This document shows positions 22,082-36,103 of a stretch of 43,684 nt of DNA, in pieces. A program made the translations under genes and the position numbers. The stretch comes from Halocafeteria seosinensis (Eukaryota). Position 1 is the first letter of the stretch; each line of letters starts with the position of its first letter. The notes under the pieces were generated by a model. The model had not been told where the DNA came from and ran no database searches. It saw nothing but the letters and a program-made list of their open reading frames with translations. Location: positions 1 to 43,684 of the forward strand of contig LVLI01000630.1 in the NCBI GenBank assembly GCA_001687465.1, read 5' to 3'.

Positions 22082-25000
22082 CTATCCTGGTCCACGCGAC
22101 TCATCGTCCGGTACTTCCGTCAGGTCCACTGCGGCGAACTTTGATTTTTGTTTCTGTCTTGGACGGTCCTCAACTTTAAGTTCCTTCATTCCTCCATCCA
22201 ATGGTGTCCTGTCATCCTCAAGCGTATCGTTTGCAATGGCCGATGTTCTCGGCACTGAACACATTTTCAAGAAATATACGTCCACGTAGAACTTGTACAG
22301 TATATCATACATCTGTTGCCGGAGCTTCCGTATAGCCTCATAGCCAAAGATATGCTTCCCGTCCTTCCCGAAAACAGGGGATAACTTCTTGTCGATATCT
22401 TTGTCGGATAGGAAGTACAACCTTTTCCTTTTTATCAATTTTAGAATGGTCTCAGCATATCGAAGAACATACACACCACAGTCGGACGAATTGAATTGGA
22501 CAGGGAGGGGTGGTTCCACAGTACGTATGTTCTTACTATTATCTATACGTTTCGCCACGTCTACCTGGTGTTCCTCACCCAATTCCACTCCGCTCTTGCG
22601 AGAAAGCCACTCAAACAGCATCCACCTCCTGATGTGTAACGCAATATCAGACAAACTATGCGTACCGAGCGAGTCCATAAGCAGTATACACGGCGTTTTG
22701 TCGGACTCTAAAGCTTCGCTCTCATCACTCCACGCCTCCGGTGCGACCTCGTCAACCTGCGCGCGATATTCCTTCTTCAGCCGTTTGACATACTCCGCCG
22801 GAAACGTGACAACCGCCAGTGACCAATGCACATTGCGGTGGACAGGAATGAGTAAAACACTTCGCGAGAATATATCCACGTTTTTTGTCCATCGTTTTAC
22901 CTGTTGGTGGAGGTGAAAGTGACGACGAAGGGACGAGTATTTCTTGTCGGTCGTCGCGTTGGCTAGTGCTCTAAAAAACAGTGATGAAAAGACATGGACT
23001 GTATCTAATTGCGTTCCCATTTCAATCCCTCTATACTTCAGCCAGAAGTCGATGAGAGAATCATTAAGAAATTCTCCATCTTGCAAGCGGGCAACATCGC
23101 GAAACGTGACACTCACCGAACCAAGTGCCTTCGTTTTCCTCAAGATTGAGTGCGCATGTTCCTCGTTGAAGGGCTCCTCTGAACCTGCACACAGGTAGTT
23201 ATTGCAGAACTCTCTAACCTTTTCCGTGTTTTCCCATGGATAAGGAAATCTAACAACTCGCTCATATTCAATATCTTTAGATAAGCGTGGACGTGGAAGC
23301 TCGTTCTCACCATCCGCATAGGTTTTCCTAAGATTTCGGCCAGAACTGCGCGTACCTGCCGCTTTAAACAGTTGTGTTTTTTTGAATGGCCAAGGTATAC
23401 GCTGTGTAGAGTAGTTTTCTAGAGCAGTTTTCAACGACCGCACGTGGGAACACAGTTCTTCAGGATATTTGCCTTCCAGGCTGCAACGGGAAGGCTAATC
23501 ATCACAGGAGGAAAACGGAGCTAGGCTGGAGTAGGGGGGACTTACGCCTTCGCATCAATAACTTCCACTTGATTCATGGTGGCACTACACTCGCAAAGAA
23601 AATGCAAAAGTACATCAAAACGGTTTTGTTCGACGTACAGCCATAGACTCGCGGGTAGATCCGGTTCGTCTTCGACCATTTCCTTGTTGCACTGAATCCC
23701 AACACAACCATGCCCCCAAGCATGGCAGGACTCCAGGCTACTCAGTACACTATTCGAAGTCGACGCACTTTCCTCTTGTCGAAACAATGCATCTACATTA
23801 GTAATTACCTGCAGCCGATACTTAAATTTTAATTAATTAATGATATAGTTGCTGGCGCGAACACGATAGTCTCATACAGAAATTGCTGAGACAAAATTCC
23901 AAGCAATTTTGTCATATTCATCACGGCCCGCAAGCGCTTTCAATGGCCTGATCAAAAGATCGTTCTTATAGACCTGAGGAAGGAAAGAAAGCACAACTAC
24001 CGTCCTGCGGCGGCTAAAGCTACTGGAATTGTCCTTACCACTGCATTAACGCTCTTTAGTAGCACATCGTCTCGGAGTGTCAAACATGGCCAGAATTCGT
24101 CTACTAGTTCCTTATCCTGCATCTTACGGATAAGCCTACTGAGCTCATCGAAGCCAAATGATCAACCATCTTAGCTTACGCTGGGCTTTGTAGTTGTAAG
24201 TGACGAATTCGATGCGTGAACGTCCACCGTCGCTGATTCATTCTCGTCGTCCACCAGGTCTATCAGATCTTCGTTTTGTTTTTTCTTTGGTGAACGCTTC
24301 TTAGTCACAGACTCCGACGTTTTACCTATCGTTTCGCGCAAACCCTGCAGCAACGTAGACAAGGATACCTTAGAAAGCAGTTTTCCATGCTGAGAGTGTA
24401 GCAAAAGTGAAATACCTGGTGAGAATTAGATTCCGACGATGGCTTTGCACTGCTCTTTGTGTATGATGTTATGGATGCAAAGCTCGAAGCAGGAGTCCCA
24501 GCCTCCTTTCTCGGACTGCAGCGCTGGGTACGACCCATGCAGCGCTGGGTATGCAAAAACTTTGTTCGCCTTTCTTCTCCCCTGTTTTCCGTTTCTCGAG
24601 CAGAACGCGGACGTTTGTTTGTGCTAACCTTGTCCGAGTACTTCTTTCCCGCTTGTTCGAGGGTTGGAATAGGCGGGTAGCCAGTGGACGAATTTCTGGC
24701 GGTATCTGCAGGCCCATTTCTAGCCAGATTACCAAAACGGACCCCAGTCCGGGGAAAAGCAGCATTAAAATCACTTGTTTCCGGAGCATTAACCGTTGTA
24801 CTAGCCTTAGTCGATGTATAAAACAGACGAGAAGCACCGCTGAGTTGCCCCTGAGAATTAGAAGCACTGGACGAGTGTTTCTGTTCTGAGGTTATCTCTA
24901 CGTTGTCGTCATCATCATCAATATCCTCCTCCTTCTCTCTTTGGGTCGATTCCATTACGTTTTCAAAGTTTTTTTCGCGTTCAGCTTCGTGTTCGTCCGG

Positions 25001-25393
25001 ACTTGGGGAAATCACTTGGGGTCTTGGCTTTTCAACCGTATCTTCCTTTCCCAATATCTCCTGCTTTTTTCTAGAATAAAGGTCACTATACGTGCGTCTC
25101 ACTTTTTTATCGGAGTGATTTAGCCACTGGTTGTCTCCATTGGAATCCATGTCTTCTGATCGCGCAGATTCCACTTCATCTTTATCAGCATCCTCATCCT
25201 CATCAGAGCTTCCCAAGGAAGTTATAGCAGGATGATCTTCTCCCTCCGGTTTTTGCCATACCCGGTGGATGCCAACGACACCATGGGAAGGGGTATGGGA
25301 CCTGCTATCACCGCCAATATGACGAGTATAATATTCGTCAGTTCCGGAAGTTGAAGTAGGTTGAGCAGAGGAAGGAGAGGAGGAAGAAGGCAT
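22082..25393 (-). CDS. SUMO/sentrin-specific protease (peptidase C48, Ulp2/SENP6-7-like), multi-exon
   Basis: FLNDSLIDFWL, VKRWTKNVDIF, catalytic His (VHWSL), Asp (LMDSL) and QFNSSDCG. Long disordered N-terminus in ORF 24326-25423 with the SIM-like DLIDLVDDE nearby. The start could be 25423 and the middle exons are not fully resolved. Confidence 0.85.
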
Positions 25394-25895
25394 CTTCGGG
25401 CGTCCAATACTGGGGCAATACATAGGCGTGAGAATACCTTGTCAATGTTCTACAATATGTGGGCATCGAATGGTGCATACATGCAGTATCGCGCCCATAA
25501 TCAACCCCAACACTTGCGGGTTTGTTTTTTGAATCATCGTCGATCCACTGAAATAAATGATTGATGTGTTTGAATACTTCAAATACAGGCGCCGGGGGCG
25601 CCGCGCGTTACATTGTGGCAGGGAACTGGTGAGCGATATGCCGTACCGGTAGCATGTTGTTTATTCTCATCTTTTTCCTAAATGTAACAAGATTGTATTT
25701 TTTCGTTTGGAACAGAGCTTAAATCATGGAACATTTTGTTGAGTTCCTGCTTCTGCAAACCCCCTTGGAAGTTGCCACTGACTTGCTCAGGAATTGTCCA
25801 CATACCAATGGTAGAAGAGCATAGTCAAATTCCAACCAATTGTGCTCGCAAATAACCTGATTAATTTAATGAAACGGTAATACGGGAAGACGCCC

Positions 25896-27625
25896 TCACA
25901 GTGCAGTCCCATCAGTTTCAGCACTGGCTCGCTGGTAGAAGGACTGAAGATCGCCCATGCTCAACCGTTGACTGTCTTCCCGTTCTTCGTGATCATTTGA
26001 GAATTCACGCGAGTTATTCTGCTCATATACGTCGGAAGCGCTTAGTATCACATTACAAGAATTTGTGGAAGCAGTAGGGTCATCCCGAAGGTATTGATCC
26101 GCTTCACTCTCGGGTTTTAGCATCTCCTGCAACAGTGCCTTTTGCGCAGGGGAATATTCATCAGAAGGAGGCATTTTCCCTTTACAAACAAGCTGTCTTG
26201 CGCGCTTATTTGTCGATAAGTATACGATCGAATTCAAAAAGCCCTGGGCAGGAGCAGTGGCGGCCGCTATATAAGCCATTGTTGGATCAGTGTAACTTGG
26301 AGCATCTGTAAACGAAGTGGCTGCAGTGGAGAAGAACTAGGACATTGATAGATCTCGATTAACTTACTGCTCAAGTTGCCTACTCCAAATTCATGGATGA
26401 CGAGTGCAATCCAGATCAGAATATACGCCATAGGGTACAGCGTCAATGCAAGAAAGAGCTTCTTAATCCTTGCCGAAGCTTGTTGACTCTCCGGAGTCAC
26501 ATTTCGGCTAATGTCAATCTGTAGGGAAATTGACAGAAATCAACAATTATTGGAAAGGGATGCACTGGTTCCGATTCAAACGACGTACTCCCATGTGCAC
26601 GTATAGCACGATGATTATCACCCATATAGCTAATTGCGGAAACGCGTGCAAGTCCCTCGGGCTATTAATCCAGCACCAAATACCTGTGAGCGGAACACAT
26701 ATGGTTGACATTTATATATGCCAGGAGCATATTAGCACGGACAACATACCTTCGTTAACAACTCCTCGTGTCCCATATATGCCTCCAACTACTATAGCTG
26801 GAGGTACCCATCCTAGAAGATGATACCATTTATATCGTGTTCTAGCGAAGGTGCCCTCCAAATCACGCGTGTGTGAGATCATAAACTGAGATAAAAGATG
26901 ATGAGACAGCAGCGGTAGTAATAAACTGCTCCTCCAGTACAAAACGAGTACTCACTGTTGCCTTACTTACTCGATGAAGTTCTAACGCGAGAATCAAATT
27001 CCTGCGTGATTCAAAGATGGCAGTCATTTCCAGTGGTACGCACTTGCATCCCAATGGTTCGGGTGGACGACTTACCAAAACGCAGAAGCGAGAGGAAAAT
27101 AAGCTGCAGGGTAATTCCATTCCATCGAGTAAGAAACCCTCAAGCAACCCTGTTCGGACGTACCTCGGCCAACACCTTGCACTTCGCACACCTTATTCAT
27201 ATCACCCACTGGGGGTATTCCAGCACTTAGTGTATACGAGAGGCCACTCATAGCATTGCACTGCACGATGGGAGAAGTAAAAACCTTTCATACAATCCTG
27301 GAGTTCAGCCCAAGAACCTACCACCGAGAGCCAGAATAGTTGCAAGAAATACCCTTGTATAAGCGCTCTGATCTTCTGCTTTGTATTAAGATGGACAAAG
27401 TGAGCCATGCACGAGGGAAGACTGATAGTCGTCAATATGCGCACGTACTTTCTCCATAGGGCTCGTCGAGGACGCCTTCCAGGTGTTCCAGGACGTCGCA
27501 GAAAAGGCCCCGATGATTGTCGTCGCTCCCACGACAGACAGGCATCCTACGACCGTAACGACGATTTTACCACGAGCAATGTGATCGTCTGTCGGCGTGT
27601 GATGCGTGGAACTCGTGTCATCCAT
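25896..27625 (-). CDS. 7TM GPCR, cAMP receptor/GCR1-like family, paralogue 1 (about 9 exons)
   Basis: Spliced helices: VVGCLSVVGATTII, LFWLSVV, YFPLASAFW, WYHLLGWVPP, IWCWI, LTLYPMAYILIWI and the TM7 signature PAQGFLNSIVY. Confidence 0.82.
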
Positions 27626-28167
27626 CTCCAATAAACTCTAGCAATGATCCAGCGTCCTCAGGACGAAATCCAACGAGGGGCGTACAACTACGATATATTC
27701 ATTTTCTCGTCGTACCCTCTTCTCCCTTCCATCACCCCTGACAGTCTTTAATGGTATCACAGTGACTTTGAGCACCTAGCAACAAACCCGTGAAAGCAGC
27801 CTGATCTGTGCAGGGGGAACCCGGTTTCGTTGGCTGAAGTTCAAGACAGGGGGTGGAATTGTGTATGACGCATTGCATAGCACGCATTCAGCGTAGTTGT
27901 CTAAGATAGTATATGGTATGTACCGAGTAAGCTATGCCGAAAACACTAAATATACCACAGAGTCGGCATTATGCTTCCACCGCGAAGGCGACTAACTGCA
28001 GGTTCTGGAGTTCTCTACTGTACCAGTAGTTACAGTTACAACAGTCTTCTCAACACACAACATAGTAGTAGGAATTATTGCCACCGCCGGAATCTTCCAC
28101 TTGCTAGGCTTGGGAAATTTTGTTCAACATCACAAATCTACAGACGATTGCTCTCGCATGGTATATC

Positions 28168-29910
28168 CTAGAGCACAGTTCGATCAGTTGCTTTACTGGC
28201 CGATTCTTCGCAGTAGAAGCGTAAATCACCCATGCTTAGACGTTGACTGCTTTGCGAGACATCACCAGCTGAAGACAAATTACGATAACCGCTTCTATCG
28301 TACGTGTCATAAGCCATCTGTAACACATTTGAGGATTCTTTTGAATGCGGAGGATCTTCTTCGATATCGCCAGAATCATCCCTGGGGATAGTGATACTGT
28401 GATCCGAGAGCAGTGATTTCTTTGATGGCGAATCGTTCACAGAATATGTGTTTTTCCTTCGACAAATAAGCTCTCTAGCTCTTGCGTTGGTTGATAAGTA
28501 CACAATGCAATTTAGAAACCCTTGAGCTGGCGCGGTAGCAGCCGCTACGTATGTCATGCTTGGGTTGGTGAATTGCGGACCGTCTGGACGGCACAAATCA
28601 GTTAAGCCACGAAACAGTCGAGTAATTTTTCGGAGAACCTACTATTTACGTTCCCTATATCAAACTGATGAAGTAATCGCGGAATCCATATCACTATAAG
28701 GACAAGCGGATACAGCGTCAGAGCAAGAAACAGTTTCTTGATTTGAATGGACGTCGATGAGCTTCCTAACGTGACGCTCCGTTTGATATCAATCTGTTAC
28801 CATGTTTAAGGGAAACATTGCAAACTAATGTGAATATGTGTAGTTAGGGTAACTGAATATTCGTCCTGGTAAAGAGTTACTTACGCCCATGTGCACATAT
28901 AGTGCAATGATAATAACCCAAATGGCTAGTTGCGGAACCATGAGTAAATCTTCCGTTCCATTTGTCCAACACCATATCCCTGAATAACAATATAATCCTG
29001 ACAATGACATAGCGATATTATATTCCAAACTGGAGGGGGTTACCTTGGTTGACTATTCCCCTAGTTCCAGATATACTTCCCACTACAACTGCTGCCGGCA
29101 CCCATCCCAAGACATGATACCAAAGATACCTCCTTCGAGAGAAACTCCCTTCTAAGTCACGATTATGAAAAACAATGAACTGAAATATTATACGAAAAGC
29201 CTCGTTAAGTATGTAAGGCATGCCTGCTCGCTTTCTTGCTTACCCTATGGAGCTCAAGTGCAAGTACCAAATTCCTGGAGTTCGATTTCGTCGGAAGTTG
29301 TGATACGTGCTAAATTACCAGGTGCCACAACTATCCCATGGGTGAAACTTACCAAAATGCAGACGCGAGAGGAAAATATGCTGAAGCAGAACCAATCTAG
29401 TGAACTCAGTGAGAACTTGGATCTTAATATGGTTTAGCTTACCGCCGCTAATTCCCTGAATCTTGCAGATTGGATTTATTCCTTCTCCATCTGGTATGCC
29501 AACGCTGAAGCTGTTTTCGATACCACTGAATGCATTACTCTGCATGCTAACAAGTCTAATCCCGCTTCTGAGTCAATGGCATGACGAGTTGTCATCATCT
29601 TCACTTACGACTGAAAGCCAGAATAGCTGCAGGAAATATCCCTGAATCAAAGCTCTCACTTTCTGTGGACAGCAACCTCGGTCAGAGGAAGTGATGTAAT
29701 AAAGATAAGCTAAACAGCCGTTATAAGTTGCCGTACTTGCTCTGGAGGAGCTGTTGAGGACGCCTTCCATGTGTTCCACGACGTCGCAGAGAATGCACAG
29801 ACAATAATCGTGCCTCCCACTGCAGACAAGCACCCCACAACTGTCACGACTACCTTTGCGCGAGCAATATGATCATCGGAAGAGGAATGTGAAACGCCTA
29901 ACTCGCTCAT
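28168..29910 (-). CDS. 7TM GPCR, cAMP receptor/GCR1-like family, paralogue 2
   Basis: Same motifs and similar exon layout as paralogue 1: SATSWNTWKASST, IQGYFLQLFWLSVV, WYHVLGWVP, IWCWT, PAQGFLNCIVY. Confidence 0.82.
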
Positions 29911-31197
29911 TCCTTAGGCTGCGAGCTGCTCTTGCAGGATCCCTAGGATCCCGGTCAGCGGGTTTGTTGTGTACTGCGTCTTCAACTCTTGCCAAGCACG
30001 CGAGTACTGTTTCAGGACGCTCTCATGCAGAACTGAGTAAATCGTCAAGCTGCAGATGTCTCATGTTTCTCAAATCATCGACCAAGGGTTGCTATGCGTT
30101 CGCGACTGTACCATAAGTAGCAGTGATTCAGCTTGGCTGCTGCACTGCCGGAGGCGGTGCATTTTGCTGTAACTCCTCTGGAGCACGCAGTGCCACGCTG
30201 CGTGGCCCACGCACATTGAGCATGGCACTCAGTTTCCTTACAGGTCTGCCAATTCTATACAATGATTACAATTGTTTCAGAAGCAAACTCGTGGTGCACC
30301 TGGGTGCTCAAAGCAAACCGGTTGCCTGATAGCAAAATTCAAATGGAACGGTATACCATACGGTAGGTTTGCGGTTCCAGACTACGGCCTCCACAGGGAA
30401 TGCGATGGTGCCTGTAGCGCAGGTTACGGTAGGAAACTGCGTAGATTGTGTCCCCTTTCCCCGTGTCGTTGTTGTGGCCAGTTGGTGTATGCGTGTTGTC
30501 ACTGATCGGACAGTCAGGCTAGCTAAAATATTGACGTCGACGAGCTTATACATGTATTCCCCCTGCCCTTCTGGATGGCTTTCTGAATTTGAACCTTGGG
30601 ACCAAGGGGCCTCTTGGAGGACACAGTTGCTTGGAGTTATACACTCTCTCTGCTTAAGAACAAATAGACAGTGCTTGTTTTCGTTCTGTTCATCCTATAC
30701 AAGAAATTTGAAATAAGTAGGAGTTTCAAACAGCCAACGGAGACAACGTACAGAGGTTTTGTGGATTTAGAGTACAAACTACTTCACCTTCCAACATGTA
30801 TTTCATCGGTGAGTGGATCAAAATAGGAATACCATTGATGACACGCAAGACGGGCTTCGTTTGCGTTAATCTGTTGTTTGTTGGTGGAATGAACAGAAGC
30901 TTTGTGCAATTCGGAGAGCTTTTTCAGCGTCCTTGAAGGTCCTGTTTAAAGTGCGGTGGAGACAGAAAGTGTAGTGAAGCCGTAGCTGCAGAGAATGCTC
31001 AATACTAATCAGGGTGATGACATGTGATAACAAGACAAAGGCACGGTAAGAATACCTATGGTGATATGCGTGTATTGTGCTGGTGTTGATTCCTTCCTGA
31101 TGGTGCAGTCTGCATTGTATTATGCATGCACTCTTGTTGCTAACTAGCGTAAACAACAGTTGTACTGGTTAGAACGTTGATCGCAGCACAGGGTGAT

Positions 31198-32250
31198 TTA
31201 CTCGTTCTTATGAGCTGCCAACTTCGTCCCGAAAAGCGTATCCCACAGCGTGCCCGTCACTCCGAATCCACTATTATGCGAACCATTGAAATGATGCTTA
31301 AGGTGATACCGCTTCATGTCGCTCAAGTGAGGAAGTTTCAAAACAAAGCTGCTCTGGTGGGCTGCGTAGTGCATCATCTCATACGCCGTGTAGCCCAAAA
31401 CAACACCTCCGGACAATGCCTGAAATTCACCATGAGACAGGAACGGCAACAGCAGTCTTCCGAGACTGCGAACCATAAGAGCAACAACGTAGGAAATGTG
31501 AGGCGGAAACAAAACACGGTACCTGCAAACCATCGTCATACACGTGCAAGTTATTATAGGATTATATGTATGAGCCTTGCTCTTAGCCTCAAAAATCAGT
31601 TACTGAGGACCACTTACTTGTCAAGAGGGACTTTATGGTGCATGCCGTGGAAAACGAAATGCAAAGTTAGAACCCAACCTTTATCCGCCAGTGAATCATC
31701 CATGTGGAATAAGTACCGATGAAACAAGTATTCGAGAAACGACCACGCCATATAGCCCAAAAGCGCAATGCTCAGTATATAGGCCCAGTTGAGCGTTTTT
31801 GACGCATCATACAGCAAGTAGCAGCCCATCGGTACCCAAAACGACGGAACGAGGTACCACGGAGTCTTTGTGAAAAATTCAAGGAAGCTCGAGTGGAACA
31901 TGCGGGGACTCTTCGGCTCCGTTTGGAAGTAAAATGGGTCGTGGGTCCACCGGACATATTCATCTTTGTTCAAATGGTAGACTTGCCAGATCAGTGGTGC
32001 TCTCCTGGCCACAATCATCCAAACAAAAACAGTGACATTACTGTACAGAGTACTTGCATTTTTCGCTAGTTAAGCACCACTTACATATTGACCGGTCCAT
32101 CCCATAGGACTTCTCCCTGCTGCTGCTCTTGACCCGCTTTCTTGTCGTCTTGCCTTCCGGCCGCGCCGTCGGACGACATCCTTTACAACAAACACCCAAC
32201 CAGTGTGGTAGTTCACGAGGCAAGTACAAATGCAGTAGATGTTGCTTGTA
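31198..32250 (-). CDS. FA2H: Sphingolipid fatty acid 2-hydroxylase (FA2H/SCS7 family); 5' end uncertain
   Basis: FLEFFTKTPWYLVP, His boxes EYLFHRYLFH, FHGMHH, MHYAAH and YHLKHH, and C-terminal GFGVTGTLWDTLFGT. Upstream exons may extend to about 32600. Confidence 0.88.
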
Positions 32251-32831
32251 TAAAGCACTTGGAACTGAATTCGTTGAGTTCAATCTCAACAATCGCCAAC
32301 GGCGTCAAGCACTGCCTTCAGAGAGCGCGAGAGAACCTGAACAGAGCGCTTAGGAACAAGTCAGATATCCCTATTTGTCCGTTCAAATTTGTTAACAGTG
32401 TTACTATTTTCCAAAACTTTTCAGAATCGTCTTTCTATGTGCCTTGACTAAAATGGTTTGAAGCAGTGCATTTGCGACGGAGATGAGCTTCAAGGACGCA
32501 AGCACTCGGTACAGGACAAATGATAGGCTCGATCGTCTATCACAGTGCATCTACGTTGGCAGGTAGAAATCGATGGAACTGTGTAGAAGGAATCAAAAGA
32601 CCTTGGTAATCTGACAGCACTAGCACTACAGCACTGGCATGCATTCCACATGCAATTCCGACGAATTCCCCGCGCGCGTGAATTGCGTTGGTACAAGTGG
32701 CACTTCAAAAGAATGCTACATGGGAATGTGAGTGATATTGTCGGGCAAAGGAAACATTGGTTAAGCACGCGCAAGTAGAAAGCTAATCTCAGGGTTGTTT
32801 ATTTTGTCTTTAGTGCTCAACACAAGGACGT

Positions 32832-35800
32832 TTACCTCCAGCTGGAAACCTGCAGTATACAACATTATCAGTGAAATGTTTGCATCCCATACTACTCCTC
32901 AATGTACAAACGTTACATCACAAAGATAGCACAAGATCTAAATGCAAAATTCTATCGCAAGAGAAAAAATTGAAACAGCTCACCGATATTGGAGCAGTCA
33001 CAGAGTGTAGCTTGCTTCAAACATGATAGGGCGGACACAGAGAGAAAACAAAAAGCATCAACACCTACCTTGTCTTCTCCTGCGGGACGGAAAAAGTCTT
33101 GCTGGCCCTCTGCAGGTGGGGGACGTCGAGATACTTCCGGTCTACCTCCGAACGGGTTCGGATCGAATTCTCTTTCACTGGAATCTCTCCAACCAGGAGC
33201 AGCATCTCCTCGAGGTGCTTCTTCTTCAGCACGTCTGGCTGCTTCTTCTGCCTGTCGAGCTTGCTCCGCCCTTTGCGCTTCCGCTGCTCTACTCTGCCCT
33301 TCTCTTTGAGCTGCTCTAGCTCTGTTTATTTTGTTAATGGCCCAGCGGATTCGTTCGTGCTCCTGCAGATACAAGAAGTAACAAGTAGTAGTAATCGGAA
33401 TGTACGAGCTGACTCAGGACAAGTTGGAAACCAAATTGACCACTTGGCAGACATATTTCAGCACCGTAGTGCTTGTTATGCGCTCGCTGCGGCCGGCAAG
33501 GCGTAGGTATCATCTCCGAAGCCGACTTGACGCGAGCGGCCAGAAGAGAAAGAAGCATATACACTTACTCTTCCCTCTCGGGCACTAGCACGTCGCCGCT
33601 CCATAACTCGATTCTCAAACTCGTTTCTATATGGAAGTACCCTTGACAAACGGTGCTTGATTTTTAAGCTCTTGTCATGCTTCTCTTTCTCCCGTTGGTA
33701 TATAGCCTCCTGTTGCTCCTTCACGTAAGCTTCGTCATCGTCCAACTTCTTCTGAGCCCATTCATCGAGCTTCTCTTGCTCTGTTTCTCGAATAGCACGG
33801 ACGAGGTAGTCCAACCGCTTCGACTTCTCTTCGCGACGCTTTTGTTCTTCCTCCAGCTTCTTACGCCGTTTTTCTTCCAGTTCTTCTTGCAGCTGCACTT
33901 TATCAACAGCCTTGATGTCTTCTCTACTGAATTTGCTGACTTCTTTACCAGCGGCACGAAGCAGTCGTTCTTTTTCTTTAAGCTGCTCCTCTTCCTGAAT
34001 CTGCTGCATTTTCTCCTCTTCTCTTCTTTTCTGCTCCTCTTCGATTCGGGCATTTTCTTGTTTCTGGCGCTCTTGCTCAAGCTGCAGCCGACGTTGTTCC
34101 TCCTGTATGGGAAAAGGAAAGCACATACGTTAAGTCAGACAGAATGCATTGAAACGTATAGAAAGGAGCATAAGTGTCAGCTTCAAACCTATGGAATAAC
34201 CGCATTTAAATGTCGGCTACCCCTCAAACGTGAGCGTTGGTCAATATCGCAAGATTAAAATGGAAGTAGTGCATCAACACGCTAACAAAGAACATGAAGC
34301 GTTCAACCTACTGCTGCAGCTTGCTTCCATCTTGAGAAGAACAAAAGTGTGGAAATTGCTTACCTCTCGGGCTTTGATCTCCCGCTCCCGTTCTGCCCCC
34401 TCTTTTCGTCTTTCAATCTCATCTTTGCGCTGGAGTGCTTCGTCTTGTACCTGCGGCAGCGTCTCTTTCGCTTCACGGAAAGTAGCGTCACGTCTGCTGG
34501 ACAACGATGCGGGTAGTGTGGCTTTCTCTGACTGTTGGGCAGCCAAGCAATCAGTTACAGTGTGAAGTCCCTGTGACAGCTGAGATAACTGCTTCCGGAG
34601 CACACCAGATTCCATGTCAACTTCTCCCAAGCGGAGACAGCCATCTTGATGGTCTATTCGAACCTTCAATAGGCGACTTCGAACCGCGCGTACTATCACT
34701 TGCTCGATTTCGTGGTCCGATAAAGATAAGGGTGACACCAGGTTTTCAAAAACGGGAAGTTTCACTACGGTGTAAACTTTAGTTAACTGCTCGAGAACGC
34801 GTTGAACGGCTAACCTCTCAATGTGAGGTACATACTGCGAGAGCCTCCCAACAGAGGAAGCCCAATCTAAAGTAGGCTTCAGCTTTTGAATCATATGAAG
34901 AGGGTGGAATTTTTCTTCCAAATTCTCAAAAAGGGACTGCATCTCCTGGGGGACGCTCTTCGTTACCCCCCGGGACCGGAGGTCTTCCATCAAAGCAGAC
35001 CGACTCGGCGTAGCAGAGAAGTTCAGTAGCTTTGCGAGACGGTATTTCTTGTCCCGTTCGAGGTCAATCTTAAAGTACGTTTCATCATCAGAGGTATTGG
35101 ACTGAAATAGCGGAATAGACAGCGCCGATAGGACGGCAGCAGCGGCCAGATGGGAACGATCTTCGGCCTTCATGGATTTCATGTGGCTGCTGGCGAGCGT
35201 GTAATGCTTGAACAGCGCATATGCATGAAACAAGTAGTCCTCTGACTTCCAGAAAATACGCGCAAGGCTCTGGTAATAAGACGCCATGTATTGAGCTCCT
35301 GGTTTGAGACCAGTCATCTGCATCATTGTGTGAATGTCTTCAACAGTACGGTAGCCTTCGCTCCACATTTCCATTTCAGCACAGTGATCTAGCTGAGCAA
35401 ACTTAGTACTAATATGACGCTCCATTGTTTCTTGTGACCAACTCTCTCCATGCATTTCCTGATAGGTTCTCCACGACTTCAGGTGAAGCCTCATTTGCGA
35501 GCACAGCTTACGAAATTCAGCCGTCCTATTGAATTCTTTGCAAAACTCAAAGGTGCGCTTGGCCACATTGTGATAAGTTTCCTCCAGCTTGATAACATTT
35601 CGAAGTTGGTCCAGTACATTTCGAAACGTGTCCCAAGCATGTCGAACCCAGGGGACTAGGTACTCACGCTCAAGTCGGTCCTTATCCGTCTCGGTACTCA
35701 TCGTCGACATGAGCAAATTTTCCGGGCTTTCCTCTTCTTCCAAGTCCTCTACATTATCTAAAGCAGAGGAATCCTTCACTGTAGCTCTAGCATCACGGGC

Positions 35801-36103
35801 CTTTTCGAGAGATTGGTCAATTAAGTGGTTGACCACTTTGTACAGGGTATGAGGATGGTTGACTTGCGTGAGCATGCGGTACCTGTAGATGCCCTCCTTC
35901 GCGTCTCCCGCGAGACGCAACTCGACACATAAATCGAAAAACTTGATAATGAGTTTTTCATGAGAGGGAGTCCATTCTCGTGTAAAATTGCGCTGCGCAA
36001 TGAACGCTTTCAGGGACTTTAATGCATCCTCTTTCTCCCCCACACGCTCGGCGTCCTGCGCATATCGGAGCGCATGGTCCGGGCGATGGAACTGAAGACT
36101 CAT
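32832..36103 (-). CDS. EIF3A: Eukaryotic translation initiation factor 3 subunit A
   Basis: MSLQFHRPDHAL, FFDLCVELR, EEESPENLLMST, AEFRKLC, WSEGYRTVEDIH, PCI domain and charged helix. Likely exons 36103-34364, 34102-33569, 33362-33069 and 32849-32832 (ends VSSWR). Confidence 0.94.

Noticed and set aside
27730..27860. tRNA-like GTTCAAG and CCCCTG/CAGGGG pairing between the GPCR genes
   Set aside because: No cloverleaf, D-loop or anticodon arm could be built.
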